Made by a program: the position numbers and the translations under genes
Shown here: positions 31,794 through 32,000 of the stretch, piece after piece
Layout: every line of letters begins with the position of its first letter
Position numbering within the stretch: the first letter of the stretch is position 1
The notes under the pieces: generated by a model
Told to the model about the DNA's origin: nothing
Databases searched by the model: none
What the model saw: only the letters and a program-made list of their open reading frames with translations
Assembly: GCA_041494705.1 (NCBI GenBank)
Contig: JBGQBI010000006.1
Span: 169,559 to 201,558 of the forward strand
Direction: 5' to 3'
DNA length: 32,000 nucleotides
DNA from: Candidatus Methanoperedens sp.
Lineage (GTDB): Archaea > Halobacteriota > Methanosarcinia > Methanosarcinales > Methanoperedenaceae

Positions 31794-32000
31794 AAATTAT
31801 GCAACATCATAAAACTGAAATAGAGCAAAGGCAAATTCAATGTGTTCACCCGCGCGGCGAAAAAATCACTTTCACTCCGCTTTCAAAAGATATATATGGA
31901 GATGAGTGGTTTACAAAATAATCAACCGCATAAAAAACGGATGAATTTGCAGAAATTAAATGCATTAAAAACAGGTGGCTGGTGATAATAGCTTGAATAC

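Noticed and set aside
31799-31921. 40-codon ORF (MQHHKTEIEQRQIQCVHPRGEKITFTPLSKDIYGDEWFTK) just downstream of the 12-bp palindrome
   Set aside because: It has no Shine-Dalgarno and no recognisable motif, and is too short to judge codon bias. It cannot be supported as a gene from sequence alone, so it is mentioned only within the non-coding-region finding.
1-32000. Recoding events (in-frame UAG/pyrrolysine, UGA/selenocysteine, programmed frameshifts)
   Set aside because: No recognisable gene appears interrupted or split into adjacent same-strand ORFs. All family-assigned genes are full length with ordinary stops.

Overview
Densely coding archaeal chromosomal window. Archaeal markers are a type-II tRNA-Leu, RIO2 kinase, DUF460, DUF504, a four-subunit por operon, PGF-CTERM sorting signals, and TATA-box and oligo-T signals. 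Multihaem c-type cytochromes, a Rieske/cytochrome b module and a System-I haem lyase (CcmF) in this background suggest an ANME-2d / 'Ca. Methanoperedens'-like Methanosarcinales organism; this is inference, no search was run. Layout: (1) 1-8.7 kb is housekeeping: DUF504, tRNA-Leu(UAG), GIY-YIG/DUF123, argC-CBS-argJ, a Cys/Met PLP enzyme, porCDAB on the minus strand, and a CPBP protease. (2) 8.8-14.5 kb is information processing: a translationally coupled AAA ATPase and MBL hydrolase, an OB-fold SSB with a Gly/Arg/Tyr tail, and RIO2-DUF460. (3) 14.5-18.9 kb is an eight-gene respiratory operon: two paralogous hexahaem cytochromes with PGF-CTERM anchors, a monohaem cytochrome, a small membrane protein, a Rieske protein, a split b6-type cytochrome b, and an untracked 59-codon membrane ORF. 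(4) 18.9-22.3 kb holds a glutaredoxin-like gene, a phosphohexomutase, a JAMM protease, a radical SAM gene and a short gene remnant. (5) 22.3-31.5 kb (minus strand) is the most interesting part: an extracytoplasmic thiol-redox / cytochrome-maturation island (radical SAM, TP-rich lipoprotein, Trx lipoprotein, PCYCGC-domain protein, CcdA, NapH/CcoG-like polytopic Fe-S protein, second Trx, CcmF). Both Trx-led sub-operons carry the same TATA plus CTTTAC-N7-GTAAAG palindrome. A dispersed palindromic repeat family built from ~9-bp CGCA(A/G)AG units occurs at four intergenic sites and brackets the accessory modules. No CRISPR array, rRNA, transposase or integrase was seen.
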